Source of the DNA: Minisyncoccota bacterium
Lineage (GTDB): Bacteria > Patescibacteriota > Minisyncoccia > Moranbacterales > GCA-2747515
Direction of reading: 5' to 3'
Length of the DNA: 56,832 bases
NCBI GenBank assembly: GCA_020629675.1
Contig: JAHDCW010000002.1
Coordinates: 1 to 56,832 of the forward strand
Shown here: positions 29,541-38,732 of the stretch, piece by piece
How positions within the stretch are numbered: position 1 is the first letter of the stretch
Layout of the letters: each line of letters starts with the position of its first letter
Notes under the pieces: generated by a model
Told to the model about the DNA's origin: nothing
Seen by the model: the letters and a program-made list of their open reading frames with translations, nothing else
Databases searched by the model: none
Made by a program: the position numbers and the translations under genes

Positions 29541-31151
29541 TTACTGTAGGAGGGGGAAAGTGGCTTTTTCAAAAGGGAATACAATTGAGCGGAGAATTGG
29601 AAAATCATCAGAGTCAAATTTATCTGTGAAATAGAGGATGTGATCATTTTTATTCATCACAACATTTTGGTCTGCGAGGTTGCGGGTGAGAATGTTTGTT
29701 TCTTGAAATCCACCACGATGATCGATGCCTACCAGGTTGAGAGTGTCGCCTATGACGGTGATGACATGTTCGTAGTCGCTGATCCATAAAACTGAAGTGA
29801 TACCATTAGCAGAGGCTGTAACTTCCTTAATAGTATTAAAGTCTCGCTGTGGTTGGGCGATCCAATCACGTACAAAATAGACAAAAACTTTATTTGAACT
29901 GTAGAAAAGTAATTTTTTTCCATCATCGGAGAACTGTGCATCGATGATGCCTGTTTCTAGGCGACGGGTAACTTCTTGCTCATTAGTTGTGTCCAAGTTG
30001 TACACCGTTAAATCACCTGTGTTGGTTGTGATATGCGCGATACGGTTTTCGTCGTAAGCGATCAGGCGTACGCTACCAGGCTGATCTTTACTAGATGGAA
30101 AAAATGTAATTTCAGTAAGGTCTTCTGTGAGAGAAAAGGATGATGAGCCGAAGAGTCGACCGCTCTGGTCGAGGATATAGAGCCCATCGTCTGCAAAGTC
30201 ATACGCAACGACATTTTCTGCGATTTTCTTCGCTTCTTCTTGTACGCTGTCTTCTTCTGTGCTCACGGTTAGCTCATAAAGACTGCCATCTGCGATAAAG
30301 AAGACGACATCTGTACGGCGCGGGTGCCAGCGCACATGGGAAAGAGAGTCAAAGTTGAGAGGCTTAAGCGTTCCTGGATCAAAATCAGGGAGAATCTCTG
30401 ATATGTAGACGTAGTATTCGCTTTCTGGATCGATTCGGGTGATTACATAGTCTTTACGTGGGGTTGAGATGTCATCATTTGCCGATTGATTCTCGATTGA
30501 TTCATTTACTAATCTTTCCACAGGTATAATCAGGCTTTCCTGTGACGGTGACCACTCGATGTTTTCATGGGGTGCTCCAGCAAAAGCTGTATCTGTAAAG
30601 GAGAGTGTGTTTATGGCAGTGCCATCAGCTATGGAAATGACAGGTACAAATAGCGTTTGCGTATCATCAGTAACCGTCTGTGGATAAGCGAGAAAGGCAA
30701 GATCAGCTGAGAAGTAGGTTTTCTGCGGCGCAACTACAGATGGATGACGTGTTTGCTCATACTTCTCTCTCACGAGGGGTACGTTCCAAAAATCAGTTGT
30801 AATACCGCTGCGAACTCGCACAGTCTTTTCCCAGGGCTTGTACCCAGAGGCCTCTATACGCACATCATGGAGTCCGTGGCGAACGCCAGTGATGTGATAG
30901 GTGCCATTGATAAAATTGAGGCGTTGCGCGCCTGGTATGCGCCCATCAATTGTGACAGTGACATCACGAGGCTCTGATTTGTACTTGATAGAGCCAGTGT
31001 AAATCAGGGTCATGATGTTATCGGTCACACTAACGCGGTAGCCGAGGGATAAGAAGATCACGGTGCACGTGACGAGAATACATGAACATGCCATCACCCA
31101 AAAAAAGATGATGCGTGAGAGGGGATTAGCAGTCGGTCTTTTAGGTCTCAT
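29541..31151 (-). CDS. PEGA-domain protein with C-terminal beta-propeller-like region
   Basis: TM, GYRV..., TGSIKYKSEPRDVTVTIDG...GYKPWEKTV (PEGA); WSPS/WHP/FSDDGKKLLF propeller-like repeats. Confidence 0.8.
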   Translation of the reverse strand: MRPKRPTANPLSRIIFFWVMACSCILVTCTVIFLSLGYRVSVTDNIMTLIYTGSIKYKSEPRDVTVTIDGRIPGAQRLNFINGTYHITGVRHGLHDVRIEASGYKPWEKTVRVRSGITTDFWNVPLVREKYEQTRHPSVVAPQKTYFSADLAFLAYPQTVTDDTQTLFVPVISIADGTAINTLSFTDTAFAGAPHENIEWSPSQESLIIPVERLVNESIENQSANDDISTPRKDYVITRIDPESEYYVYISEILPDFDPGTLKPLNFDSLSHVRWHPRRTDVVFFIADGSLYELTVSTEEDSVQEEAKKIAENVVAYDFADDGLYILDQSGRLFGSSSFSLTEDLTEITFFPSSKDQPGSVRLIAYDENRIAHITTNTGDLTVYNLDTTNEQEVTRRLETGIIDAQFSDDGKKLLFYSSNKVFVYFVRDWIAQPQRDFNTIKEVTASANGITSVLWISDYEHVITVIGDTLNLVGIDHRGGFQETNILTRNLADQNVVMNKNDHILYFTDKFDSDDFPILRSIVFPFEKATFPLLQ

Positions 31152-31219
31152 AGTTGCTTCTTTTAATACAAACATGATACCATTTTTATGCATAAAGATA
31201 AATATTGTTTCGCTATAAA

Positions 31220-31663
31220 ATGGTACGCTCACTTACACTGGTTACTGTCGGTAAGCCACAGCTTGACTATGCTTGCGAGGGGCTATCTTTTTATGACGTG
31301 CGGCTTCGTCAGCATGTGCAGTTTGAGATAAAGGCGATGCGCGATAATGTGAAATGTGCTGAAGAGTTACAAAGAGAAAAACACCGTGGTAGTAGAATCT
31401 TTGGTTTTGATGAAAAGGGAAAGCGATATACGAGCAGGTCTTTCTCTAAGACCTTGGACGAGTTAGCAATCAGAGGGACGTCGCATGCTGTGTTTGTGAT
31501 CGGAGGACCAGATGGTCTCAGCACTGATATGCGCGCGTGCTGTGATGCTTTTATTTCGTTGAGTGACTTTACTTTTCCGCATGACTTGGCGCAAGTGATG
31601 GCGGCGGAGATGCTCTATAGGAGCGTTTTAATATCAAAAGGTCATCCGTATCATCGTGGTTAA
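31220..31663 (+). CDS. rlmH: 23S rRNA (pseudouridine1915-N3)-methyltransferase
   Basis: VTVGK, DEKGK, FVIGGPDGL, SLSDFTFPHDLA, EMLYR, GHPYHR. Confidence 0.95.
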   Translation: MVRSLTLVTVGKPQLDYACEGLSFYDVRLRQHVQFEIKAMRDNVKCAEELQREKHRGSRIFGFDEKGKRYTSRSFSKTLDELAIRGTSHAVFVIGGPDGLSTDMRACCDAFISLSDFTFPHDLAQVMAAEMLYRSVLISKGHPYHRG

Positions 31664-31664
31664 T

Positions 31665-32429
31665 ATGTCTTTGACTCAAGAGGAGATAAATTTTTACCAA
31701 AAGGCGCGTCGCGGGAAAGGCGACCTCGTTATTGTGGATGGGTTTCATGCACTTAAGCATGGATTGCGGTTTGATGCTGTGATCGAAAAAATCTATATGC
31801 GGGAAGGTGTGGACTTGTCACAACTAGGAGAGACTGTGGTAGATCAGGCGGTGGTAGACAAAGTGGCATCAGGCGCTGTGACATTGAATGAAGATGCATT
31901 TGAAAAATTGACGACAGCGCACGTACGTACAGGTGTGACAGCTGTGATGCGTAAGCCTGGTTATAGTTTGGAAGACATCATTGATAGACCCGGTAGTAAG
32001 GTTATTTTGGAACATCCGCGAGATCTCGATAATGTGGGTGCGTGTATTAGGGTGGCTGCTGCAGCTGATTGCGCAGCTTTACTGGTCGTGGGTGATATGA
32101 ATCCATGGCATGTACGTGCTATCAGGGCAGCTGCAGGATGTCAGTGGGCGTTACCAGTGCTGCAGGTTTCAGAAGTGGAATTTGATTGTATTATTAAAAA
32201 ATATATTACCTATGCCTGCACCGATGAAGGTGGGACTGTCTATGATGTGCCATTAGAAAATGATGCATTTTACATCTTTGGCACGGAGCGTGATGGGATC
32301 ACACAGGCAGTGCGAGAACGCGCGACGAAAAAAATTAGCCTACCGATGCGTGCTGGAGTGGCAAGTCTCAATCTAGCAACATCTGTAAGTGGGATACTGT
32401 ACGCACAAAAAAATGATCAGCTTCAATGA
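31665..32429 (+). CDS. TrmH/SpoU-family RNA methyltransferase
   Basis: DNVGACIRVAAA, FGTERDGI, LPMRAGVASLNLATSV. Confidence 0.92.
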   Translation: MSLTQEEINFYQKARRGKGDLVIVDGFHALKHGLRFDAVIEKIYMREGVDLSQLGETVVDQAVVDKVASGAVTLNEDAFEKLTTAHVRTGVTAVMRKPGYSLEDIIDRPGSKVILEHPRDLDNVGACIRVAAAADCAALLVVGDMNPWHVRAIRAAAGCQWALPVLQVSEVEFDCIIKKYITYACTDEGGTVYDVPLENDAFYIFGTERDGITQAVRERATKKISLPMRAGVASLNLATSVSGILYAQKNDQLQ

Positions 32430-32438
32430 GCTGATCAT
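32407..32438 (-). terminator. Terminator hairpin between convergent genes
   Basis: ATGATCAGCT...AGCTGATCAT with preceding A-run (U-tract on the minus strand). Confidence 0.6.
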
Positions 32439-32455
32439 CTAATTTATTATTGTGC

Positions 32456-32776
32456 TTATTTTTTTTCTACTTTTTTGCGCCAAGCCTCTGTTGCTAAAAG
32501 CTTTAATAGCGACGATAGGATGATGATCGGTTTGCAGCTAAAATAAGAGTTTGTGGGATGACGTTTTACCTTTAAGCACTGCTGAGACCACGCTTTTAAA
32601 AATATGAAGCTAAGTGCAAATAAGGTAGTTAGAAACACAGCGGGGGAGGTTGGATTTGTGAGCATTTGATACACAGCCATGATAATCCATATTTGGGCCG
32701 CTCCAGTGGAGGAGCTTACAAAGGCCATTTTGTTATCGATGTTGTAGCGGTCTTGAAGGTACTCATGTATATCCAT
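32456..32776 (-). CDS. Small membrane hypothetical protein
   Basis: 106 aa, two hydrophobic segments, AT-rich. Confidence 0.5.
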   Translation of the reverse strand: MDIHEYLQDRYNIDNKMAFVSSSTGAAQIWIIMAVYQMLTNPTSPAVFLTTLFALSFIFLKAWSQQCLKVKRHPTNSYFSCKPIIILSSLLKLLATEAWRKKVEKK

Positions 32777-32917
32777 GGATGCAATTCCTTGTTTGGATTG
32801 GATTATTTAAGATGGTAACAGTGGTTAATTTTTTGGTCAATCAATGTATTGGTATTGTTATTGTAGGTGGGTGTTGCTATAGTAGATAAACGTTTTTCTC
32901 GAGGAGGAGGTCGGAAA

Positions 32918-33808
32918 ATGTTGCGTGTTTTTGTTCCTTTTGAAATTGAAAAAAAATTCAATAACTATAAGTTGAAAAGGGAGGTTGATGAGCGGGGTGA
33001 TAGTGTGCATGGGCCTATTATTTTTATGCTTACTGGTTTCCGTGACTGCGTTAGCTCTCGAAGTAATTGGATTGATCTTGTAAGACCCTGTGTTTCACGA
33101 GTGATGGGAATGTCGCTACCGCAATTTGGTAAGCAGATGATTTTTAATGGCTATGATCAGAGTTATTTTACACTACACATGGGTGTACATTTCTGTGAGT
33201 TGCTGGCGCAAGATTTTTATCAAATTATACGTGATGAGCCGCATCGAAAATTGATAATCTTCGCTCATAGTGCTGGAGTAAGTTTTGCATTGAAGGCATT
33301 TACATATCTAGATAGGCAGGAAATGGAATCAATTCGACTTATTGGAATTAGTCCAGCATTTTTTGTTGATCACAATGTTCCTGATTTCATAAGGCGTCTC
33401 GCACCAATTGCTGGTAGGTGTCCTGTCAGAATAAATATGCCTTTTACACCTGAGGGAATTACAGCGTCTGTAGAGGCGCAAAAGTTAATCGGTGCCGATG
33501 CTCAAATCTATAAAGGTGATCCCTATTTGCCTACACTCTATACGATAAAAGTTCTTGGTCATGAGGCTTGGGAGATTGTGGTAGAGCGTCAGGGTAGGAT
33601 TGATGGATTGCAAGTGCCAATGTCTTTTTATATCGGTAGTGCTGACAGTATATCTCCGATTCCTTCCACGTTTCGAAACTTCATGGAAGGTGAGGTAAAA
33701 TTTTATGTAGTTTCTGGCTTGCATGACCCTACACTGCAGGAGCATGACGATTTGCAAGCTACCATCAATCATATTCTTCGGACTAAAATCAAACAATATG
33801 CTTATTGA
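32918..33808 (+). CDS. Alpha/beta hydrolase (lysophospholipase-like)
   Basis: GAGGAGG RBS; AHSAG nucleophile; GSADSISP (Asp); GLHDP (His). Confidence 0.75.
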   Translation: MLRVFVPFEIEKKFNNYKLKREVDERGDSVHGPIIFMLTGFRDCVSSRSNWIDLVRPCVSRVMGMSLPQFGKQMIFNGYDQSYFTLHMGVHFCELLAQDFYQIIRDEPHRKLIIFAHSAGVSFALKAFTYLDRQEMESIRLIGISPAFFVDHNVPDFIRRLAPIAGRCPVRINMPFTPEGITASVEAQKLIGADAQIYKGDPYLPTLYTIKVLGHEAWEIVVERQGRIDGLQVPMSFYIGSADSISPIPSTFRNFMEGEVKFYVVSGLHDPTLQEHDDLQATINHILRTKIKQYAY

Positions 33809-33821
33809 ATTTATAAGCTTG

Positions 33822-33850
33822 ACCTACCATCGCTATGGTAGGTTTTTTTT
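33822..33850 (+). terminator. Intrinsic terminator
   Basis: ACCTACCAT-CGCT-ATGGTAGGT followed by a T-run. Confidence 0.85.
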
Positions 33851-33950
33851 AAAAACAAGAAGTATTTAACTTGTAAAGAAGAGGGGAAAATGCTTGATAA
33901 TTTATTTATTTTGAATTAGCATATTGAAACCTAAAAAAAGAGTACTTTAA

Positions 33951-34094
33951 ATGAATGATATGCAAAAAGCGAACGTTGTTATCTCAACAGCTTCTTTTGG
34001 CAACACTGCTCGTTTCTGGGACTTGGAAGGACGCTGTCTACAGGTCATTGAGGGTCACGCCGGCTGGGTGGTATCAGCTATCATCGTAAGGTAA
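33951..34094 (+). CDS. 47-aa single WD40-repeat protein (not in ORF track)
   Basis: MNDMQKANVVISTASFGNTARFWDLEGRCLQVIEGHAGWVVSAIIVR*; matches WD40 consensus TAS-D-T-RLWD...L-GH---V. Confidence 0.7.
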   Translation: MNDMQKANVVISTASFGNTARFWDLEGRCLQVIEGHAGWVVSAIIVR

Positions 34095-34112
34095 AAGTAG
34101 GGAAAAACGTTC

Positions 34113-34148
34113 AAATACACATCTCATATCATTATGAGGTGTGTTTTT
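34113..34148. terminator. Terminator hairpin after WD40 mini-gene / convergent GtrA
   Basis: AAATACACATCTCATA...TATGAGGTGTGTTTTT. Confidence 0.7.
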
Positions 34149-34161
34149 ATTTTAACCTAAA

Positions 34162-34770
34162 CTATTTTTTGAAAACGAGAAACTTATACCCAAGAAAGTT
34201 CCATACAATCACAGAGATCGAAGCGATAACAGCTGAGATTGTAGCCCAGATGCGTGGATCGATGGCGACGAACTGACCGATGATATTATTCATAAAGGAT
34301 GCAACAGAAACGTTGAGGACAAACCCAAGACCACTGATCGTCATAAACTTTGCGAGCTCGCGGTTTATGTCAGAATCTGCTCGGTCGCCAAAAGACCAAT
34401 ATTTGTTCCATGCATAGCTGTTAAGCGTCGCTACTACGAAGGCGATTGCTTTAAACATTCCAAATTCAAACCCTCGGGTCACACCTGTGATTACGATGAA
34501 GAGATTAAGTACGCCAAGGTCGATGGCAAAATTGGCTGCTCCGGTGGCGCAAAATTTCGACAACTGAAAAAAGAAAGGCTTGATATGATATAGAACATAA
34601 CCAACCAGGATGCCAGAAATTGCAACAGCAGAGAAAGTGAGTCCAGATAGGATGAGTGATATCTCAACAGATAAACTCGCCTTAGCGACAATGGGGACCA
34701 TTAAGCCAAAGATAAATCCATTGACGCCTGCAAAGAGCAGGTCATAAGGTGAGAGGATTGATTTTTGCAT
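34162..34770 (-). CDS. GtrA-family protein with two extra N-terminal TMs
   Basis: QLSKFCATGAANFAIDLGVLN, NSYAWNKYWSF, WNFLGYKFLVFKK. Confidence 0.88.
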   Translation of the reverse strand: MQKSILSPYDLLFAGVNGFIFGLMVPIVAKASLSVEISLILSGLTFSAVAISGILVGYVLYHIKPFFFQLSKFCATGAANFAIDLGVLNLFIVITGVTRGFEFGMFKAIAFVVATLNSYAWNKYWSFGDRADSDINRELAKFMTISGLGFVLNVSVASFMNNIIGQFVAIDPRIWATISAVIASISVIVWNFLGYKFLVFKK

Positions 34771-34772
34771 GT

Positions 34773-35738
34773 TTAGAATTGCTGTGACTGTTGAGGGGTG
34801 TTCATTTCAGAACGGATTTCGCGCTCGATTTCGTCTATGTCTGGTACCCACTCACCGACGATGTCTTGTGATGGCTGGGGTTGCGGCTGCCTCTCTGTGT
34901 GTGTATCAATAGTTGCTGCTTCTTCGTGAATTGCTGATTCAGGATGGACTTGTGGTGAGATCTCGGCCTCAGGTTCTGCTGCTGTGTCTTGGTAGGGGTC
35001 AGCGATCGTATTTTCTTGTGGTTCTTCTTCTGGTGTCGGATCTACAGGTGGGGTGTCCTGATTGATCTCCTCAGTGATCTCTGACATTTGCATGTGATCG
35101 TCTTCTTTGCCGCCGAGGATGCCACTAGCGGTAACAGGCTTTACAGCTTCTTCAGTTGTAGTTGGTATTGACGCATATGCTGGCGGCTGCACTTCATGGT
35201 TGTGTTGCAGGACACTTTCGATCGACGCCCACGTTGCATCAGTGCCTTGTGAGGTTACGATAGCAACTTCATCTCCTGGCTCCGCTTTAAAATATGTCGC
35301 AGACGCAAGGAGGATGCGATAGTTTTTTCCATCAGCAACTACGATATAGTTTCCAGAAGGGTCTTGCGTGACGATGCCGATTTTGTTTTGTCGTGGGACA
35401 GGGCCAATTTGTTTGTAAATAAAGAAGCCCTCAGGGGAGATGGTGAGCTTGAGGAGGTCACCTTCAACGAGTTTTGATTTGCTGGCATAGTTAGCTGGGA
35501 TAGGGTACTGCTTTCCGTCAGTACCAATCATAACCTGGCCATCAAAAGTGCCTTGGACAACTTGACCTTCACTGTCATCAACTTTTTTCTTACGTCCTGC
35601 CTTTTTCTTGCCCTCAATCTGCAGGAGCATTGCTTTCGCGCCATGGATCGTACGTTCAGCGCTCGTGATCATGTCACGCAAAGACTGGATTTTTTGTGAG
35701 CGTTCCTCTTCGGAGAGGCTGTCAATGTTGTCTGTCAT
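34773..35738 (-). CDS. Conserved hypothetical protein with long acidic disordered tail
   Basis: GTFDGQVMIGTDGKQYPIPANYASKSKLVEGDLLKLTI core, which I recall as common in CPR genomes; N-terminal coiled coil; E/P/Q-rich tail. Confidence 0.8.
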   Translation of the reverse strand: MTDNIDSLSEEERSQKIQSLRDMITSAERTIHGAKAMLLQIEGKKKAGRKKKVDDSEGQVVQGTFDGQVMIGTDGKQYPIPANYASKSKLVEGDLLKLTISPEGFFIYKQIGPVPRQNKIGIVTQDPSGNYIVVADGKNYRILLASATYFKAEPGDEVAIVTSQGTDATWASIESVLQHNHEVQPPAYASIPTTTEEAVKPVTASGILGGKEDDHMQMSEITEEINQDTPPVDPTPEEEPQENTIADPYQDTAAEPEAEISPQVHPESAIHEEAATIDTHTERQPQPQPSQDIVGEWVPDIDEIEREIRSEMNTPQQSQQF

Positions 35739-35958
35739 AGTTTTTGTTTGGACTACACACGAACTGCACCCATATTGATTTTTGGGAGGTGTGTGTAGTT
35801 TCCCCCTTTATTTTTATATCTATTAACATGATACGTGAAAGCACAAAATTGAGCAATCGGCGAGAGCTGTGGATAGATTGACAAAGCGTGATGTAAGGTG
35901 ATAAATTAATGACCTACATTTTTGTAGAAATTGCTAAACATGTCGGAGGAAGAGTGAG

Positions 35959-36327
35959 ATGACATTTGAGGATTTTGCGCTTGTTGTATATGTATTGGCC
36001 TATCACTGCGATCAGTACGCAAGTGTGCAAGGAGGATTCGAGGGTTATAAAGAAGTCAGTTGTCCTGAGGTTCGAGGGGCGGTACTGCGTATACATGTAA
36101 ATGCAGTCAAGGAGGACTGTCGTGTTTATGTGACGATTGTACGCGTTGAGGGAGAAGAGAGGAAGACAATCTGCAATAAGAAATCTGTGGATCTCGAGAC
36201 TCTTTTGCTTGTCTTGCTGTTTGGGAAGCTGTCTGGTTCTCCGGGAGAGAAAGGAACGGCGCAAATGCATATAGCAACCTTTCGAGCGCAGTATATGGTC
36301 TCACATACACAGCATCAAGCAGCGTGA
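35959..36327 (+). CDS. Orphan hypothetical protein
   Basis: TTGACA at 35878 with TG-n-TAAATT -10; GGAGG RBS; 122 aa. Confidence 0.55.
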   Translation: MTFEDFALVVYVLAYHCDQYASVQGGFEGYKEVSCPEVRGAVLRIHVNAVKEDCRVYVTIVRVEGEERKTICNKKSVDLETLLLVLLFGKLSGSPGEKGTAQMHIATFRAQYMVSHTQHQAA

Positions 36328-36334
36328 GGTTTCC

Positions 36335-36547
36335 GTGCGAAAAAAATTACAAGAAAACTTATTTGTTTTGAGTGGTTTATTATGTATTTGCATTGCACTG
36401 GCTAGTTTCTTAGGGCGACGGCATATTGATGTGGTCTGTGATGGGTGCTCACCTTATATTGGCGGCGGCGCGATGATACTATTTTTGTGCATAGCGTTTC
36501 TCGCATGTCTGAGGGAGTACAACTCATCCAATAGGGAAAAAGTGTAA
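36335..36547 (+). CDS. Small two-TM hypothetical protein
   Basis: GAGG RBS + GTG; two TMs with CDGC in the loop. Confidence 0.45.
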   Translation: MRKKLQENLFVLSGLLCICIALASFLGRRHIDVVCDGCSPYIGGGAMILFLCIAFLACLREYNSSNREKV

Positions 36548-36636
36548 GTATGAGAGTGATAGCGCATTGTCGTTATCGCTCTTTTAATTTGATATTTACG
36601 CAACCTTGTAGGATAATAAAAGAAAACAAAATCATC

Positions 36637-38715
36637 ATGAAATCATCATTTAAAAAACTTTTTTCACCCCGCTCTGTCGCCATCGTGGGCGCGAGTAACA
36701 AGCCGGGAAAAGTTGGTAATATGCTCGCTGCTAATATCTTGGCAGGGGATTATCAGGGTGATGTTTATTTTGTAAATCATAAGGGTCGTCGTATCTGTGG
36801 ACGTGATAGCTATCTGACATTGTCACTTATTGGCACAGCCGTAGATCTCGCGATTATCGCTGTGCCTGCTGCTTATGTGGAAGAGGTTATTCTGGCAGCA
36901 AAAGATGTGTGTAGGCGCTATATTGTGATCTCGGCCGGCTTTGGCGAAAGTGATATCGCGGGGCAAAACCGAGAGGTGCGCCTCCAAAAAATCGCCACGG
37001 AAAACAATCTAACAATTTTAGGTCCTAACTGCCTAGGGTTACTCATCCCTTCGCTCAAACTCAACGCATCTTTTGCGCCTACTTTGCCTGCCTCTGGTGA
37101 TGTGGCCTTTATTTCTCAGTCAGGCGCTTTGGCGGTGGCTGCAATAGACCGGGCACCACTCTTTAACATTGGGTTTTCTGCGGTTGTCAGTGTGGGTAAT
37201 AAAATGCAGGTAGATGCAGCGCAACTTATTGATCATTTCGCGCGTGACAAGAAAACGCACGTCATAGCGCTCTATCTCGAAAGTATCGACGATGGAGCGG
37301 CATTTCGCCAAGCTGTGCGCGCCGCACACGTAAATGGTAAGCAAATAGTATTACTCAAGGCAGGACGGTCACAAAAGGCGCAAAGTGCGATTTCACTTCA
37401 TACCGGATCACTGGCGGGGGATGATGCTGTGATTGATTCTTTCTGTGAGCGCTACGGTATTTCACGCGTGTCGTCTTTTGCGGACCTGTTTAACGTGATC
37501 AGAGTCGCACGCGTAGCACGGTCACTCTCGACGCGGCCGATTGCGCGGGCTGCTGTCGTTACTAATGCGGGTGGTTTCGGTGTCATCTTGACTGATATGA
37601 TCACTGCTGCAGCTACGCTAGAAATCGCATCACTGCCAAAACATCTGAGAGGTCAGCTTATGGAAAGTCTTCCGGCTGCAGCGAGTGCGCATAATCCTGT
37701 AGACCTACTTGGCGATGCAGGGCTTGCGCGGTACGAGTCGGCCCTTCAATTATTAACCGACTATGATCGACTTGATGTTATTTTTGTGGTGTTAACACCA
37801 CAAAAAGACACGCCAGCCAAGGCGATCGCTCGGGCGATCGTATCACTTCAAAAAAAGACTGCGAAAGATATAGTTGTTACTTTTGTGGGTGGATCACATG
37901 TGGCGGAAGCACGGGAATATCTTCTCAAGCATGACATTCTCTTTTTTGACACGCCGGACGAAGCAGTGCGTGCGTGTGACTTGCTGACACATACGCAACC
38001 ACCAAAGTTAAAGCACTTTCCACTGGACGATGAGAGAGCTCAAAAAGCACAGAAGTTCGTAGGTGCATTTCATGCACATGGTGTGCGTGATCTTTACTAC
38101 GGTGAGGTGATGAAGTTAGCACGTCTTTATAAACTTCCCCTCGATCGTTTTTTTGATGTGACGGAGGGTTTAGGTGCTAAGACGCTGACGACATACCCGT
38201 GTGTCGTTAAGGTTGATAATCCAATAATTCAACATAAAAGTGATCGTGGTGGTGTGGTTTTGCCGATCCATGGAGCAGCTGCACTTGAGGATGCACGAAA
38301 AGAGCTTATCAAAAAATTTCCCGAACAAGGAACGCGGGTGATCGCACAAAAACTACATGACATTAAAGTGGAGCTTATCATCGGCATGAAGCGTGATCCA
38401 CTATTTGGGCCGGTGTGTGTCGTCGGAATGGGTGGTATTTATACAGAGATTTTAAATGCTAAAGAGTTATTTGTTATGCCGATGAGTCAGGAGGACGTGT
38501 TGCGTCGGTTGGTGTGCTCGGAGACACTGGGATTTTTATTTGTGGAGACGCGTGGGCAGCGACCCTATGATGCGGAGCGTGTGGCTCATGTCGTCATGTC
38601 ACTTGCAGCACTCGCAACTGAGGTGGAGCACATCATGGCAATCGATATAAATCCTTTTCTTATATATAACGAGGGTACACGTGATATAATCGTAGATATG
38701 AAAATAGCCTTCTAA
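36637..38715 (+). CDS. Acetate--CoA ligase (ADP-forming) family, fused alpha+beta
   Basis: FSPRSVAIVGAS, ISAGFGE, LGPNCLG, SQSGAL, phospho-His in HTGSLAG, NPVDLLGDA, ATP-grasp HKSDRGGV, DPLFGP, DINP; no GNAT domain. Confidence 0.92.
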   Translation: MKSSFKKLFSPRSVAIVGASNKPGKVGNMLAANILAGDYQGDVYFVNHKGRRICGRDSYLTLSLIGTAVDLAIIAVPAAYVEEVILAAKDVCRRYIVISAGFGESDIAGQNREVRLQKIATENNLTILGPNCLGLLIPSLKLNASFAPTLPASGDVAFISQSGALAVAAIDRAPLFNIGFSAVVSVGNKMQVDAAQLIDHFARDKKTHVIALYLESIDDGAAFRQAVRAAHVNGKQIVLLKAGRSQKAQSAISLHTGSLAGDDAVIDSFCERYGISRVSSFADLFNVIRVARVARSLSTRPIARAAVVTNAGGFGVILTDMITAAATLEIASLPKHLRGQLMESLPAAASAHNPVDLLGDAGLARYESALQLLTDYDRLDVIFVVLTPQKDTPAKAIARAIVSLQKKTAKDIVVTFVGGSHVAEAREYLLKHDILFFDTPDEAVRACDLLTHTQPPKLKHFPLDDERAQKAQKFVGAFHAHGVRDLYYGEVMKLARLYKLPLDRFFDVTEGLGAKTLTTYPCVVKVDNPIIQHKSDRGGVVLPIHGAAALEDARKELIKKFPEQGTRVIAQKLHDIKVELIIGMKRDPLFGPVCVVGMGGIYTEILNAKELFVMPMSQEDVLRRLVCSETLGFLFVETRGQRPYDAERVAHVVMSLAALATEVEHIMAIDINPFLIYNEGTRDIIVDMKIAF

Positions 38716-38732
38716 AATAAAAATAGAAAAAT

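Noticed and set aside
16297..34148. Hairpins after orphan genes as integron attC sites
   Set aside because: They share no sequence, lack the RYYYAAC/GTTRRRY ends, look like ordinary terminators, and no integrase is present
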